From positions 106,922 to 170,921 of the forward strand of contig CAZUNO010000005.1 in NCBI GenBank assembly GCA_964621445.1: a stretch of DNA of 64,000 nucleotides, given 5' to 3'. The position numbers and the translations under genes were made by a program. Positions within the stretch are counted from its first letter, which is position 1, and every line of letters begins with the position of its first letter. Of this stretch, positions 26,746-36,895 are shown piece by piece. The notes under the pieces are model-generated. The model saw nothing but the letters and a program-made list of their open reading frames with translations, was not told where the DNA came from and did no database searches. Source of the DNA: Candidatus Hadarchaeota archaeon. Its GTDB lineage: Archaea; CAYQAE01; CAYVLA01.

Positions 26746-28517
26746 AGCGTCCAACCTCGCAGGATTATGAATATCAGGAAGCAGAGGGCTATAACACCTA
26801 TCATGAGCACGGCGGTGAATCCCTTTCCCATGGAGATCATGGAATTCAAAGTAGTTACTATCTCCGAGATCTTTCCGGGGCCAAACACGCTGATGTCCTC
26901 TATCATCCTCATATCCAGACATACTTCCGCGTCATCCAGATTATCCAAGGCCTCTTGGGTGGCCGACACCACATCGGAAATCAGGCCTTCCACCGAAATC
27001 CCCACCGGATTGAAGCCTCCCCGCACTAGATTCACAGAGTGATTATCGGAGGTCATCACCTCGCACTCGTCAACCAGGGAGGAGAGCCTGCTCATGATCT
27101 GTTCTCTCAGCCCGGCCTCAAGATTATTTCCATCTACAACCACGTATGCTACCTTCTGGTCCTCTATCTGCATTACACATACCCGGATGCCCAGAGGGCC
27201 TATCGCCTCATCCTCCCTTTCACTGATGCCAAAACCCACCTTAACGGGATAGGTTGGAGACCGCGAGAGCTTCCTGGCTAAAATGGATACCCCCTCAATA
27301 AGGTCATAGCCCGAAGGGTCACCGGCGTGGTAGGATTTGGCGGTCTCCGTGAAGCAGTTATGGGCGTCCACAAAGGCCACATCTTGGGCTCCCGCTTCCC
27401 TTCCAGCATGCATCACCGCCAGTCCTAGACCCAGATCTATATCCTCGGTTGGCTTGGGAGAGAAACTGTTTATGGCTAATAGACGCCCGCCAATCATCTG
27501 ACCACAAACCTTCGCATCACCCACCTCTACCCTGGCAAACTTCGTTGCTTCAACCCCGGTTGTCCGGCCGCTGTCAAGGACCTTCTTTGCAACCTGGGCC
27601 AGCTTCGAGGTTTCCTCGGCAGAGGTGGGGTTCAAATCGTGGGTCGAAGGACCATGGACCACCATGAGGCACTTCATCTCCGATGATAGGGCATCATCCA
27701 GGATCCTGGTAACGTTTGAGGCTCCGAGATTTCCAAGGGGACCAGGATGCACGTAGGGAATTAGCATCATGCCCTTGACATCCCCGTCATCTGTCTCCCT
27801 GAAAATCAGATGCCCTGAAGGCACGGTAACCGTTTCCCCTATGGTCTTGAAGAACCGTTCCATGGACAGGGAGTTACTAGTGATATGCTCGAAAAAGGAA
27901 CTGATGAGATCAAATATGCTGAACCCGTAGGCATGCCTAAATGGAGCCTCGATTACCTTCATGTATGTGAATACCGCCCCGATTATGACCCCAAAAACGG
28001 CCAATACTACAATGGGATTAAAGGTCTCGGGGAGAGGATACAAACCAGGCATGAACCTATCAAGGGCCATTAGAACCGAGATTTGCAGAAGGGGTTGTGT
28101 ACTGGCTGGTATGACGCAGATGATCCTATTTATGTTCGTAATTGAGAGAATGGCGAAGTAACTAAGGGCGAATGCCAGTGCCTGTCCAAATATGAGGGAA
28201 TCAAGGAGCAACATACCATTCTCTGGCATGAAAACATATGGTAGGAAGAAGAAAGCGGAGATGATCAGCATGGAGATGAGTGAAAGGAACATGGACCTCC
28301 TTATCAGAAAGCTCTTGCTCCAGGGTCTGGTAACCGAAGTGGCCAATAGGGAGGAGAGAAGCGCGGGCAGCCCGAATACTAGGAAACCGGTTATCATCTG
28401 CCCTTCAAGGAAGAACCCTAGTCCCAGCGAAATGAGACCTATGGCGATTGCACTGGCATAATAGCGAGGAACGCTGAAGATATATTTAGTGAGGGACCGT
28501 AATCTCGTAACATCCAT
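26742..28517 (-). CDS. DUF2070-family membrane protein
   Basis: N-terminal TM block then VHPGP.G..G.SN, HGPSTHD.N, VDAHN, DGNN, MTSDNH. Confidence 0.88.
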   Translation of the reverse strand: MDVTRLRSLTKYIFSVPRYYASAIAIGLISLGLGFFLEGQMITGFLVFGLPALLSSLLATSVTRPWSKSFLIRRSMFLSLISMLIISAFFFLPYVFMPENGMLLLDSLIFGQALAFALSYFAILSITNINRIICVIPASTQPLLQISVLMALDRFMPGLYPLPETFNPIVVLAVFGVIIGAVFTYMKVIEAPFRHAYGFSIFDLISSFFEHITSNSLSMERFFKTIGETVTVPSGHLIFRETDDGDVKGMMLIPYVHPGPLGNLGASNVTRILDDALSSEMKCLMVVHGPSTHDLNPTSAEETSKLAQVAKKVLDSGRTTGVEATKFARVEVGDAKVCGQMIGGRLLAINSFSPKPTEDIDLGLGLAVMHAGREAGAQDVAFVDAHNCFTETAKSYHAGDPSGYDLIEGVSILARKLSRSPTYPVKVGFGISEREDEAIGPLGIRVCVMQIEDQKVAYVVVDGNNLEAGLREQIMSRLSSLVDECEVMTSDNHSVNLVRGGFNPVGISVEGLISDVVSATQEALDNLDDAEVCLDMRMIEDISVFGPGKISEIVTTLNSMISMGKGFTAVLMIGVIALCFLIFIILRGWTL

Positions 28518-28585
28518 GCTAGAGGTCCTCTTTTTCTTAGAACCCTCTTGAAAGAGATATAAATGCAATCGAATTACCAAGGGTT

Positions 28586-29104
28586 ATGGGGGAATTGACC
28601 GAGCCGGATCTTTACGTATATGACCTACGCCAGTGCGACCCCAAGAAATGCACCGGCCATAAATTGAGCAGGCATGGGTTAGTGGAACTCTCCACTCGAC
28701 TAAGACACCGGTCCTTATTACTGGACCCCTTTTCCAGGATCACGATAAGCATCGCTGACGCTGGTCTGGCGTCAAAGAACGGCATCTCTGCCCTGGATTG
28801 TTCCTGGAAGAAGGCTCAAGTAATATTTAAGAAACGAAGGAGGGCAAGATATGGACGAAGGATACCATTCCTGGTGGCAGCAAATCCCATCAACTATGGG
28901 AAGCCCTTCGAACTCAGCACCGTTGAGGCGCTGTCAGCTGCCCTGTTCATACTCGGATTCAAGCAAAAGTCAGCCGAGGTCCTGAATAAGTTCAAATGGG
29001 GTCCTCACTTCATCGATCTCAACCGGGATCGACTCGAAATATATCATGAAGCAAAAACGCCCGAAGAGGCAGCTGAAACTGAAAATCAAATATTAGGTGA
29101 ATAA
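28586..29104 (+). CDS. tsr3: 16S rRNA aminocarboxypropyltransferase Tsr3
   Basis: [39 protein letters not shown]. Confidence 0.95.
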   Translation: MGELTEPDLYVYDLRQCDPKKCTGHKLSRHGLVELSTRLRHRSLLLDPFSRITISIADAGLASKNGISALDCSWKKAQVIFKKRRRARYGRRIPFLVAANPINYGKPFELSTVEALSAALFILGFKQKSAEVLNKFKWGPHFIDLNRDRLEIYHEAKTPEEAAETENQILGE

Positions 29105-29105
29105 A

Positions 29106-29252
29106 ATGCCAAGATTCGAGGAAGCCGATGCTAGGCTCTTCAATAAGAAAATATGCATGAAATGCAACGCACGAAACCCTCCTAGAGCCCGGAAGTGCAG
29201 GAAGTGCGGCTACAAGGGGCTCCGCCCCAAAACCAAGGAGATAAGAGGTTAG
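29106..29252 (+). CDS. rpl40e: 50S ribosomal protein L40e
   Basis: Manual translation [48 protein letters not shown]; SD AGGTGA. Confidence 0.96.
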   Translation: MPRFEEADARLFNKKICMKCNARNPPRARKCRKCGYKGLRPKTKEIRG

Positions 29253-30184
29253 CCATATACGGCGGTAATCCAGTCCAAGTGGTCCTCATTTTTGCCCATC
29301 ACGGCATCGAAGTAGATATTCTGAATATCCCTGGTTACCGGGCCGCATCGCCCGTCGCCGATACGGGTCTCACCGATACGGGTTATGGGCGTGACCTCCC
29401 CTGCCGTACCAACCATGAAGACCTCCTCCATCCCCAGTAGCTGGGAACGCGTTAGGTCCGTCTCGGTTACCTCAATCCCTGATTCGCCGAACAGTTGTAT
29501 CACGCTGTCCCTAGTTATCCCTGGAAGTATGGAAGCCGTGAGTGGAGGGGTGAACACCTCTCCTCCCTTGACTCCGAATACGTTTTCGCCGCTACCCTCG
29601 CTCACAAAGCCCCGAGAGTCGAGGAATATCGCTTCGTCGAAACCCCTCTGAACCGCCTCCATCTTGGCAAGAACTGAATTTATGTACTGTCCACAGGCCT
29701 TGACCTCAGGTGGCAGGGCCCGGGGAGAAATACGCTCCCAGGATGTGAACATGACCTTAACTCCCTTTTCAAGGGCGTCCTCTCCCAGATAGCGACCGAA
29801 GGGCAGTGCGTATATGAATACTTGAACGGGATTGTCAAATGGATTAAGGCCGAAGGGACCGGCACCCCTGTAAACAACCGGCCGTATATAACAGGTGTCC
29901 CTTATCTCGTTCTTGGATATTATGCGGGAACAGATTTCAACCAGCTGCTTCCAGGTGTATGGAATCTCCATCCCATAGACCTTGGATGAGTAGAAGAGCC
30001 TGGATATGTGGTCATCAACCCTGAACAGGAAAACATTCTCCTCATCTTCGTTCCAGTACCCCCTTATGCCCTCGAAGACCCCGGTCCCATAATGAAGAGC
30101 ATGGGTCGTAACGTGCACGTTTGACTCACTCCAAGGGACGAATTCTCCATCCATCCAGACATATTTGGCCTTCATCTCCTCCAC
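29249..30184 (-). CDS. ilvE: Branched-chain amino acid aminotransferase
   Basis: [37 protein letters not shown]. Confidence 0.95.
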   Translation of the reverse strand: MEEMKAKYVWMDGEFVPWSESNVHVTTHALHYGTGVFEGIRGYWNEDEENVFLFRVDDHISRLFYSSKVYGMEIPYTWKQLVEICSRIISKNEIRDTCYIRPVVYRGAGPFGLNPFDNPVQVFIYALPFGRYLGEDALEKGVKVMFTSWERISPRALPPEVKACGQYINSVLAKMEAVQRGFDEAIFLDSRGFVSEGSGENVFGVKGGEVFTPPLTASILPGITRDSVIQLFGESGIEVTETDLTRSQLLGMEEVFMVGTAGEVTPITRIGETRIGDGRCGPVTRDIQNIYFDAVMGKNEDHLDWITAVYG

Positions 30185-30250
30185 GAGAACAACTCCTTAA
30201 ACGAGATGAGACATTTTTCAAAGTGCTTTTTTATCTTACCCAATAGTAGT

Positions 30251-30337
30251 GCTCCAGTAGTGTAGCGGCCAATCGGAACGGGCTATGCATCAAGGACTCT
30301 CGATCCTTGGTCCCGGGTTCAAATCCCGGCTGGAGCA
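30251..30337 (+). tRNA. tRNA-Glu(CTC) with 14-nt intron at position 21/22 (30273-30286)
   Basis: Acceptor GCTCCAG/CTGGAGC, anticodon arm AAGGA-CTCTCGA-TCCTT, T arm CCGGG-TTCAAAT-CCCGG; removing TCGGAACGGGCTAT restores D stem GTGT/GCAT; no encoded CCA; T-tract follows. Confidence 0.93.
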
Positions 30338-30529
30338 TCTCTTTTTCCCAAGTCTAAAAACGGTCAGGGGCAGGAAAATCGCATCACGGCTTGAGGGGAG
30401 GCCGGACCCCCTATTCTCCACTTGCGATATCCCTTTTTCAAAATTTCCAAAAATGCACCAGTTAAGGTTTTCCTTTACTTCAGAGTAGAAGTTCCATCTC
30501 ACGGGACATACGACCCGAGGGGTGAACCT

Positions 30530-31135
30530 ATGAAAATCAAGATTCTTATTCTGTTGCTGGTCCTCACAACGGGCCTCCAGCAGGGGCTCTGTTACGACCA
30601 GATATTCGGCAGCCCCAGCTACTCCTATTCACAGGTACTGAGCAGATGGGGAAATGTTGCCACCATATCGAATTCCCAGAAAGGCGAACTCCACCAAGCT
30701 GCGTATGCGGCGGTGAGCGGAGGTGCCCACATCCGTGGTTGGCTACACAGGAGCTTCGTCTGGAACGGCGATTCCGGAGCTGGAAAGGCCAGATTTGATT
30801 TCGCTCTCTGCGCCGAAATAGCCACCGGCACCTCCCACTCCAGCGTTGAGATAAGGGTGAGGGGCTTCCTACGTGATGTATCCACCGGAGGCTACCCAAT
30901 ACGTACCTCCCTTTACAAGTACTATCGATCAACCCCTGGATATAGGCTCTTCCTCCACGGGGACGTAATTGATAGGGATGTTGACCTGGTTAAAGGACAC
31001 AAGTACACCATTGGTTACACGGTTGACGTCTCTGCCAACTGTTACCCGCGTTCTTACTGCCCAATGGCAGGTGCCAACATGGGGGAAAAGGGATGTTCGT
31101 TCTGGTGGCAACCCACAGGCGTCTTTGAGGGATGA
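30530..31135 (+). CDS. Hypothetical secreted beta-rich protein
   Basis: SD GAGGGGTGA before ATG 30530; signal peptide MKIKILILLLVL. Confidence 0.65.
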   Translation: MKIKILILLLVLTTGLQQGLCYDQIFGSPSYSYSQVLSRWGNVATISNSQKGELHQAAYAAVSGGAHIRGWLHRSFVWNGDSGAGKARFDFALCAEIATGTSHSSVEIRVRGFLRDVSTGGYPIRTSLYKYYRSTPGYRLFLHGDVIDRDVDLVKGHKYTIGYTVDVSANCYPRSYCPMAGANMGEKGCSFWWQPTGVFEG

Positions 31136-31139
31136 GGAA

Positions 31140-31589
31140 ATGAAATCAGCTCTCGTTCTCCTCCCCTCATTTTTCTTTTTGTCAGCATTTGTACTCGTCG
31201 GGAATCTTCATTCTGGAAGCATAGCCCGGCTGGAGGCCGAGGCCAACGGCATCTCTCTTCAGATGAACGCTCTTTCCACCAACATGTCCCACGCAATGCA
31301 GATGATGGCCTCCAACGCTGAGATGAACGTCTCCCAGGACGACTATCTGGAAAAGGCCAATCAACGTATGGATTCTCTAAGAAGGAGACTTGAGACCACC
31401 TGGTCGGTAATGGACCGGGAAAAAATCGCCAAGGCCCGATGTGAAGCCCTAGCCATCCTCCTCAGGCAGGTGGGAATAGTATCTGCCGCAGGGGGATTCC
31501 TCTTCATATGGCACGCGAGAAGGGAAATGGGTCCCTACTGCCTAATCTCATTAGCTTTGCTAATAGCCATAGGAGCGGTTGCAATTTGA
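31140..31589 (+). CDS. Hypothetical membrane protein with coiled coil
   Basis: TM, helical region, then two TM; starts 4 nt after the previous stop. Confidence 0.6.
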   Translation: MKSALVLLPSFFFLSAFVLVGNLHSGSIARLEAEANGISLQMNALSTNMSHAMQMMASNAEMNVSQDDYLEKANQRMDSLRRRLETTWSVMDREKIAKARCEALAILLRQVGIVSAAGGFLFIWHARREMGPYCLISLALLIAIGAVAI

Positions 31590-32218
31590 GATCTCGATAT
31601 GTCGTCCTGATGATGATACTGCTTCCAATATCGGTAACCAATGCCGCTCGAATAGAGGAGTCCATCATACTCCATTCCCCTCAGGATGCCACCGTTAACC
31701 TGAAACTTATCGGGTTTACCAATCAAAGCCTGGCCCTGAACTGGCCTCTGTCTCGCTCCCAGATTATTTCCCTGGAGGGAAATGGAATACTTATCCCGGA
31801 TGCGGAGAAGGTGCGCATGGTATTCTCGGGTCTGGGAGAGGAAACGGTAGTGAACCATTCCTTCCGAATTAGATTAACCCAGGGCCAAGGAAGCAGGGTG
31901 TTACTTCCAGTGGCCAAGCCTAACTTGACCACCTCCAGAAATAGCCTTGAGGCGGTTCTGCCCCCTAACTGGACCGCCATATGCCTTGATAACCAATGTG
32001 AAAAGAGTTACCAACAGGAATCGGATAGGATCGTTCTCATCTGGGAAGATGTGCAGGTGGACCAATGCACGGTGAAACTAGTAAAGCCCGGACCTGATAA
32101 TTCAGAGCTTGTTTCCAGGATGAGCTGGATGCTTCTAAGAGGCTACCTTTTCCTGATCATGGCGGCTGCTCTAATAATTGCGGGCTCAATCATGGGGTGG
32201 CGATTAGTCACCGAATAA
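31586..32218 (+). CDS. Hypothetical secreted protein with C-terminal TM
   Basis: TTGA overlap with the previous gene; signal peptide; N-glycosylation sequons; C-terminal anchor. Confidence 0.6.
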   Translation: MRSRYVVLMMILLPISVTNAARIEESIILHSPQDATVNLKLIGFTNQSLALNWPLSRSQIISLEGNGILIPDAEKVRMVFSGLGEETVVNHSFRIRLTQGQGSRVLLPVAKPNLTTSRNSLEAVLPPNWTAICLDNQCEKSYQQESDRIVLIWEDVQVDQCTVKLVKPGPDNSELVSRMSWMLLRGYLFLIMAAALIIAGSIMGWRLVTE

Positions 32219-32279
32219 GCCCTAAACTCCACCAAGTTCCATTGCCCGCCCGGACGGGAACCGAAAAGCCTTATATTCA

Positions 32280-33647
32280 ATGAACTCAGGATCGCTCCTG
32301 ATCTCATTGGCGGAAAAAACAAACCTCCTTCTTATCGGCATCGATAGCTTGAGGGCGGACCATATGAGCTGCTACGGATATGACCGCCTTACAACCCCAC
32401 ATCTCGACGACCTGGCATCCAAAGGGGTTCTTTTCGAAAACGCCTACAGTCCCTACATCCCGACCACCCCCGGGTATACCACGATGCTCACCGGCACGGA
32501 TGTGATGCGCCATGAGATGGTGAGCCTATCACCCAAGGGAAAAATAGATCCCAAAATCAAACTTCTACCAGAGATACTCCGGGAAGAGGGGTACAAATCC
32601 GCCTGTATAGGTTTTGACACCGAGTTCTACCGGGGTTTCGACACCTATGAGGGCTATGATTCCTGGATGTCATGGGAGGGGGCGCCGGGACACAAGGCGG
32701 AGGCACTGAACGAGAAGGCCATACCCCTTCTCGAGAAACTGTCGGATGGCCCCTTCATGCTCTTTCTTAGACACATGGACCCTCACGCACCCTATCTCCC
32801 GCCGCCCCCCTTCGACTCCATGTTCTATGACCGGGACCCGTGCGGGGCTTCGGAGAACACCATGAAGCATGTCTTTGATTTTGAACCTTTCGCCGACTTC
32901 TTCAAATCCTGGATGCCGCCGGGCATAAGGGACATAGAATGGGTAGTCGCCCATTACGATTCCTCCCTGGCCTACATGGACGCCTGCATACGGATTATTC
33001 TCACCCGACTGGAGGAGCTAGGAATCGCGGATAGAACCCTCACGGTCATTACTGCGGACCACGGGGAGACGCTTACCGAACATGACATCTACTTCGATCA
33101 TCACGGTCTCTACGAACCCACGATTCACATTCCATTGATCTATCACCTGCCCGACAAGTTGCCCATGGGGAGAAGGATAGAGGGATACGTCCTACAACAG
33201 GACCTGACCCCGACAGTTCTTGAGATAATGGGATTTGACGAGAAAAAGGCCGGGACTAATTTCGATGGTAAGAGCGTAATGCCCCTGGTGCGGGGAAATA
33301 GAAAAACCAATTATTCCGAATTCTATATCACGGAGTGCACCTGGATGAGGAAACGGGGTTGGAGGACACCTCACTACAAGCTGATAGAAGCATTGGAACC
33401 GGACTTTCATGGAAAGCCTGAACTCGAACTCTATGACCTGGTTGAGGACCCAGGAGAAAACAGGAACATTGCATCTGAGAGTCCCCAAGTGGTATCGATG
33501 CTTAGGGAAAGAATGAACTTATGGAGGAAAAAGAGGATGGAGGAAACGGGCAAGCCGGACCCCATCGAGGGTTATGAAATAGGGCTTGACCGGCGAATTG
33601 GCTCTATAAGCAAGGCCAGGGACCTCCAGGCCGCTGGAGATGAATGA
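32280..33647 (+). CDS. Sulfatase-like alkaline-phosphatase-superfamily hydrolase
   Basis: IDSLRADH, TPHLD, PTTPGYTTMLTG, DPHAPY, TADHGE, ELYDL..DPGE..N. Confidence 0.9.
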   Translation: MNSGSLLISLAEKTNLLLIGIDSLRADHMSCYGYDRLTTPHLDDLASKGVLFENAYSPYIPTTPGYTTMLTGTDVMRHEMVSLSPKGKIDPKIKLLPEILREEGYKSACIGFDTEFYRGFDTYEGYDSWMSWEGAPGHKAEALNEKAIPLLEKLSDGPFMLFLRHMDPHAPYLPPPPFDSMFYDRDPCGASENTMKHVFDFEPFADFFKSWMPPGIRDIEWVVAHYDSSLAYMDACIRIILTRLEELGIADRTLTVITADHGETLTEHDIYFDHHGLYEPTIHIPLIYHLPDKLPMGRRIEGYVLQQDLTPTVLEIMGFDEKKAGTNFDGKSVMPLVRGNRKTNYSEFYITECTWMRKRGWRTPHYKLIEALEPDFHGKPELELYDLVEDPGENRNIASESPQVVSMLRERMNLWRKKRMEETGKPDPIEGYEIGLDRRIGSISKARDLQAAGDE

Positions 33648-33701
33648 AACCCAGGTAACAGATAAGTACCAGTTTGGCGGCGAAATGCTGGCGAGGTTAA
33701 A

Positions 33702-34823
33702 ATGGAACTCTGGATGCACGGCATCTCATCCGAAAGCCCCCAGGATTGTCTTAGTCGGCTTAGGGAACTTGAATTCTCGGCGGTGGTACTTGGAGCCAAT
33801 AAACCAAATATCGAGGCCTCGAAACAAGCGGGTCTCGATACCTACGTGTGCACCGGCACCTTCTCCCGCTCAGAGGATTTCAAGGATGAGAGATATCTGG
33901 CGCACGACGTGGAGGGGAAGCCAAGGGAATGGTTCGGGTCAACCTGTCCAAACGTTGCAGGAGTGAGGGAGGAAAACATCTCCAAGATAGAAAAGGTCCT
34001 CGGTGAGACCAAGGCGGATGGTCTCATGCTGGATGGCTGCCGGTTCGCATCCCCGGCATCGGGGCTGGGGGCACTGTTCACCTGTTTCTGCCCCCGCTGC
34101 CGCAGGAAATCGGAGGATATGGGCTTTCATTTCTCGCGTATGAGAGATGATGCCAGGAAGCTTTACAGAACCCTTGCCGACGGGCGTCTGGGGGAAGCAC
34201 CCCGCCTAAACCCCTTCTCACTGCTTTCGGAGATAAGCCATCTGCCCGGAATCGCGGATTGGATGGCTTTTAGGAGGATGTGTGTGATTGAGCACTTCCA
34301 AAACGTCGCTGATATAGTGCACGAGATGGGTGCCGAAATGGGAGGGTACATCTTCACCCCCTGCCTTTCACCAATTGTCGGCCAGGATTACGCCGATTTG
34401 GGCAGCATATTGGATATCGCCTCGCCCATGATTTACAGGAACTACCCCCAGGACCCAGGCCCCGCCTGCCTGAATAAGGAGACCGCCGCACTGGTCACCT
34501 ACCTTCAAAGAGGCGGCCTACCCGATGAGGAAGCTTCCGATTTCATAAACCGGTTCCTGGGTCTCGAGGAGCACGGTAAATTGACCCGGGAAATTGCCGA
34601 TTCGACCACGCTTAAATCCGTGGAAAAGGAATTGGAACGGTCATCTCAACTGCTAGAGGGAGTCCGAAAACGAATTCCCATACTCTACCTTGGCGACGAG
34701 CAGGTAGAGAAATCAATCAAGACCGCCAGCAACTTGGACCTGGAGGGCGTGGACTTTTTCGTCTATAAAGATGAATGGGACTCCACCGTGGAAAGGATTG
34801 GTACGAACTATTCCCAGAAATGA
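33702..34823 (+). CDS. Hypothetical TIM-barrel protein, glycoside-hydrolase-like
   Basis: DGLMLDGCRF, CFCPRC, W..FR, GQDY, SPMIY. Confidence 0.55.
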   Translation: MELWMHGISSESPQDCLSRLRELEFSAVVLGANKPNIEASKQAGLDTYVCTGTFSRSEDFKDERYLAHDVEGKPREWFGSTCPNVAGVREENISKIEKVLGETKADGLMLDGCRFASPASGLGALFTCFCPRCRRKSEDMGFHFSRMRDDARKLYRTLADGRLGEAPRLNPFSLLSEISHLPGIADWMAFRRMCVIEHFQNVADIVHEMGAEMGGYIFTPCLSPIVGQDYADLGSILDIASPMIYRNYPQDPGPACLNKETAALVTYLQRGGLPDEEASDFINRFLGLEEHGKLTREIADSTTLKSVEKELERSSQLLEGVRKRIPILYLGDEQVEKSIKTASNLDLEGVDFFVYKDEWDSTVERIGTNYSQK

Positions 34824-36075
34824 AACCCACGATGCTATCTTGAGATCATTAACTTGGGCCCATACACAGGCTTTTATCCTCCTGCTGTCCATCCTATTAT
34901 TTTTGCTATCTCCGGTAGATTGCAAGGAATTGAAGAGGGACCCGGAGACCGGAATGATCCGCGTCCTCTACATAGGGGCACCCTTCATGACCAGTCCCTA
35001 TCAAAATTTCAGGATGGACCCCCTTCTTATACCAACTCCCATACAGGCAAATCAGTACGCATTGCCCATGTCCTGGGTGAAGAAGGCCATGAGAGTATAT
35101 ATGCCCAGAACCCTGGAGTCCATGGTCTCTGAGTATGACGTGATCGGTATCGATGATGCAAGCTGGGCCGTATTCAGGTCAAAGACCATTTATTGGATGT
35201 CACAGGGATGCACTGATGCAGGCATGGGCATGTTTATGGCGGGCGGTTTTGAGTCCTTTGGCGGAAACGTTGGCTTTCCCTCCTGGGGAGACACCGTGCT
35301 TAGCGAGGTAATGCCCGTGGAGTGCATAAGGGGTCAGTACCTTGAGTCCGGTCCCAATGTGGTTACCGACTTCGATGACCCCCTTATCAGCAGCCTTCCC
35401 TGGGATGATTACTCCAGGTACTCGGTGTTCTGTGGATACAATCTGCTAAGTACAAAGCAACAAGCCCACGAGATCTCGCATATACGCAAGAGCAGCGGCA
35501 ACCATCCCTGTTGGGTCTGGTGGGATGTTGGAAAGGGGCGTTTCTTCGCCTCTGCCGGTGGATTTCGGGGCGTATCGGGTTGGTGCCAATTCTATAACTG
35601 GGATCACTACTCGGACTTCGTATGCAACCTGCAGTATTTTCTTGCCGGGTTAACTCCTCCCTCAGATCTGGAACTACTTGATGCAACCAGAGCCGCCTTT
35701 GAGGATGTATACAATCAAAGACAAATTTTGATATCCACCCTAGATTTCATAGCCAAATTCAACGCAGATACCCGGAAGGCGGATCTCAAGGTCGAGGAAG
35801 CTCTCAATTCACTGGAAAAGGCCAGGGAAAGCTTTGCTGATCTTGAACTCTCCAGGAGCAAGGAGCTGGCCGAGATTTCATATGAAAAGCTAGAGGAGGC
35901 TTACCATCTCGCTCTTGGGGCCAAGGACGATGCCATTTTTTGGATATTCGTTACGGAATGGCTAGTGGTGTCCGGAACCAGCATGGTATGCGCATTCGTA
36001 ATATGGACCCTCATGGTTCGCAGAAGACTTTACAAGGAGACTGGAATAACCAGAGGAGGGCACAGAATTGCCTGA
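34771..36075 (+). CDS. Membrane-anchored GATase1-like (DUF1355-type) domain protein
   Basis: Signal peptide, YDVI, GMFMAGGFESFGG, W..T.L.EVMPV, GKGR, helical stalk, C-terminal TM; paralogue of 40077-41330. Confidence 0.65.
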   Translation: MNGTPPWKGLVRTIPRNETHDAILRSLTWAHTQAFILLLSILLFLLSPVDCKELKRDPETGMIRVLYIGAPFMTSPYQNFRMDPLLIPTPIQANQYALPMSWVKKAMRVYMPRTLESMVSEYDVIGIDDASWAVFRSKTIYWMSQGCTDAGMGMFMAGGFESFGGNVGFPSWGDTVLSEVMPVECIRGQYLESGPNVVTDFDDPLISSLPWDDYSRYSVFCGYNLLSTKQQAHEISHIRKSSGNHPCWVWWDVGKGRFFASAGGFRGVSGWCQFYNWDHYSDFVCNLQYFLAGLTPPSDLELLDATRAAFEDVYNQRQILISTLDFIAKFNADTRKADLKVEEALNSLEKARESFADLELSRSKELAEISYEKLEEAYHLALGAKDDAIFWIFVTEWLVVSGTSMVCAFVIWTLMVRRRLYKETGITRGGHRIA

Positions 36076-36895
36076 CCGGAGGCTCATCGGCCTTTTGGCC
36101 ATCGCTCTGGTGGTGTCCACGATATTGGTAGGGGTAATGTTCAGTGTGGAACCAGAGGATGATATCCAGTTCCTGGCCTCAAGGATGCCCAAGGTTATTC
36201 GATGCTCTGAGCAGGCGGAGAGGACCCACTCAGTTGACTTCATGGTTACCAGGGAAACGCCACTGGCCATCGTACGCTGCATGATGTTGGTCAAACGCCC
36301 GGACCTACCCCGGGAGCAATCATGGACGGACATGGGATTGGAAGCCAGAGAAAAGATAGAGAGTTTCCTCACCCAGTTTGAGGAAAGACTTTCCATTTCT
36401 CCCATATACCGGCGCTACTTGATAGAGGACGCCTCGGGTTTAAAGTACGAGGTTATGGATATCAGCAGGACACTGGAAGCTCTGGGAGGGAGCAACGCCT
36501 TGGGTAACTGCTTTTCCGTCTATGCCTTCCGGGAGGATGCAAATGGCGATATCTCCTTCTATCGTGGCAAGAGGGATTTCTTCTTCAATGGAGATAAGAC
36601 CCTGAAAAAGATAGAATACTCCTACTCTGGTAAAACCAGGACCTACGTCTCTGGTCTCGATAATGAAGGTACAGAAATGCCAATGGCCCAGGCCCCGCCT
36701 GGAAGGATCAAGATCGGGAATATGACATCGGGAGACCGATTCCACCTGGAGGTAGTATTTGACACCCAAAACTTCCCTCCCTACGCCATTATCTCCGAGA
36801 CACCTTACTGTCATAAAGGCACAATGAGAATAATCACCATACAAACCGGCGAGGAGGATCCGGCGATAAAAATTGACTTCACCGAGCCAGATTAA
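36068..36895 (+). CDS. Hypothetical membrane-anchored protein
   Basis: N-terminal TM; overlaps both neighbours in an operon. Confidence 0.6.
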   Translation: MPDRRLIGLLAIALVVSTILVGVMFSVEPEDDIQFLASRMPKVIRCSEQAERTHSVDFMVTRETPLAIVRCMMLVKRPDLPREQSWTDMGLEAREKIESFLTQFEERLSISPIYRRYLIEDASGLKYEVMDISRTLEALGGSNALGNCFSVYAFREDANGDISFYRGKRDFFFNGDKTLKKIEYSYSGKTRTYVSGLDNEGTEMPMAQAPPGRIKIGNMTSGDRFHLEVVFDTQNFPPYAIISETPYCHKGTMRIITIQTGEEDPAIKIDFTEPD

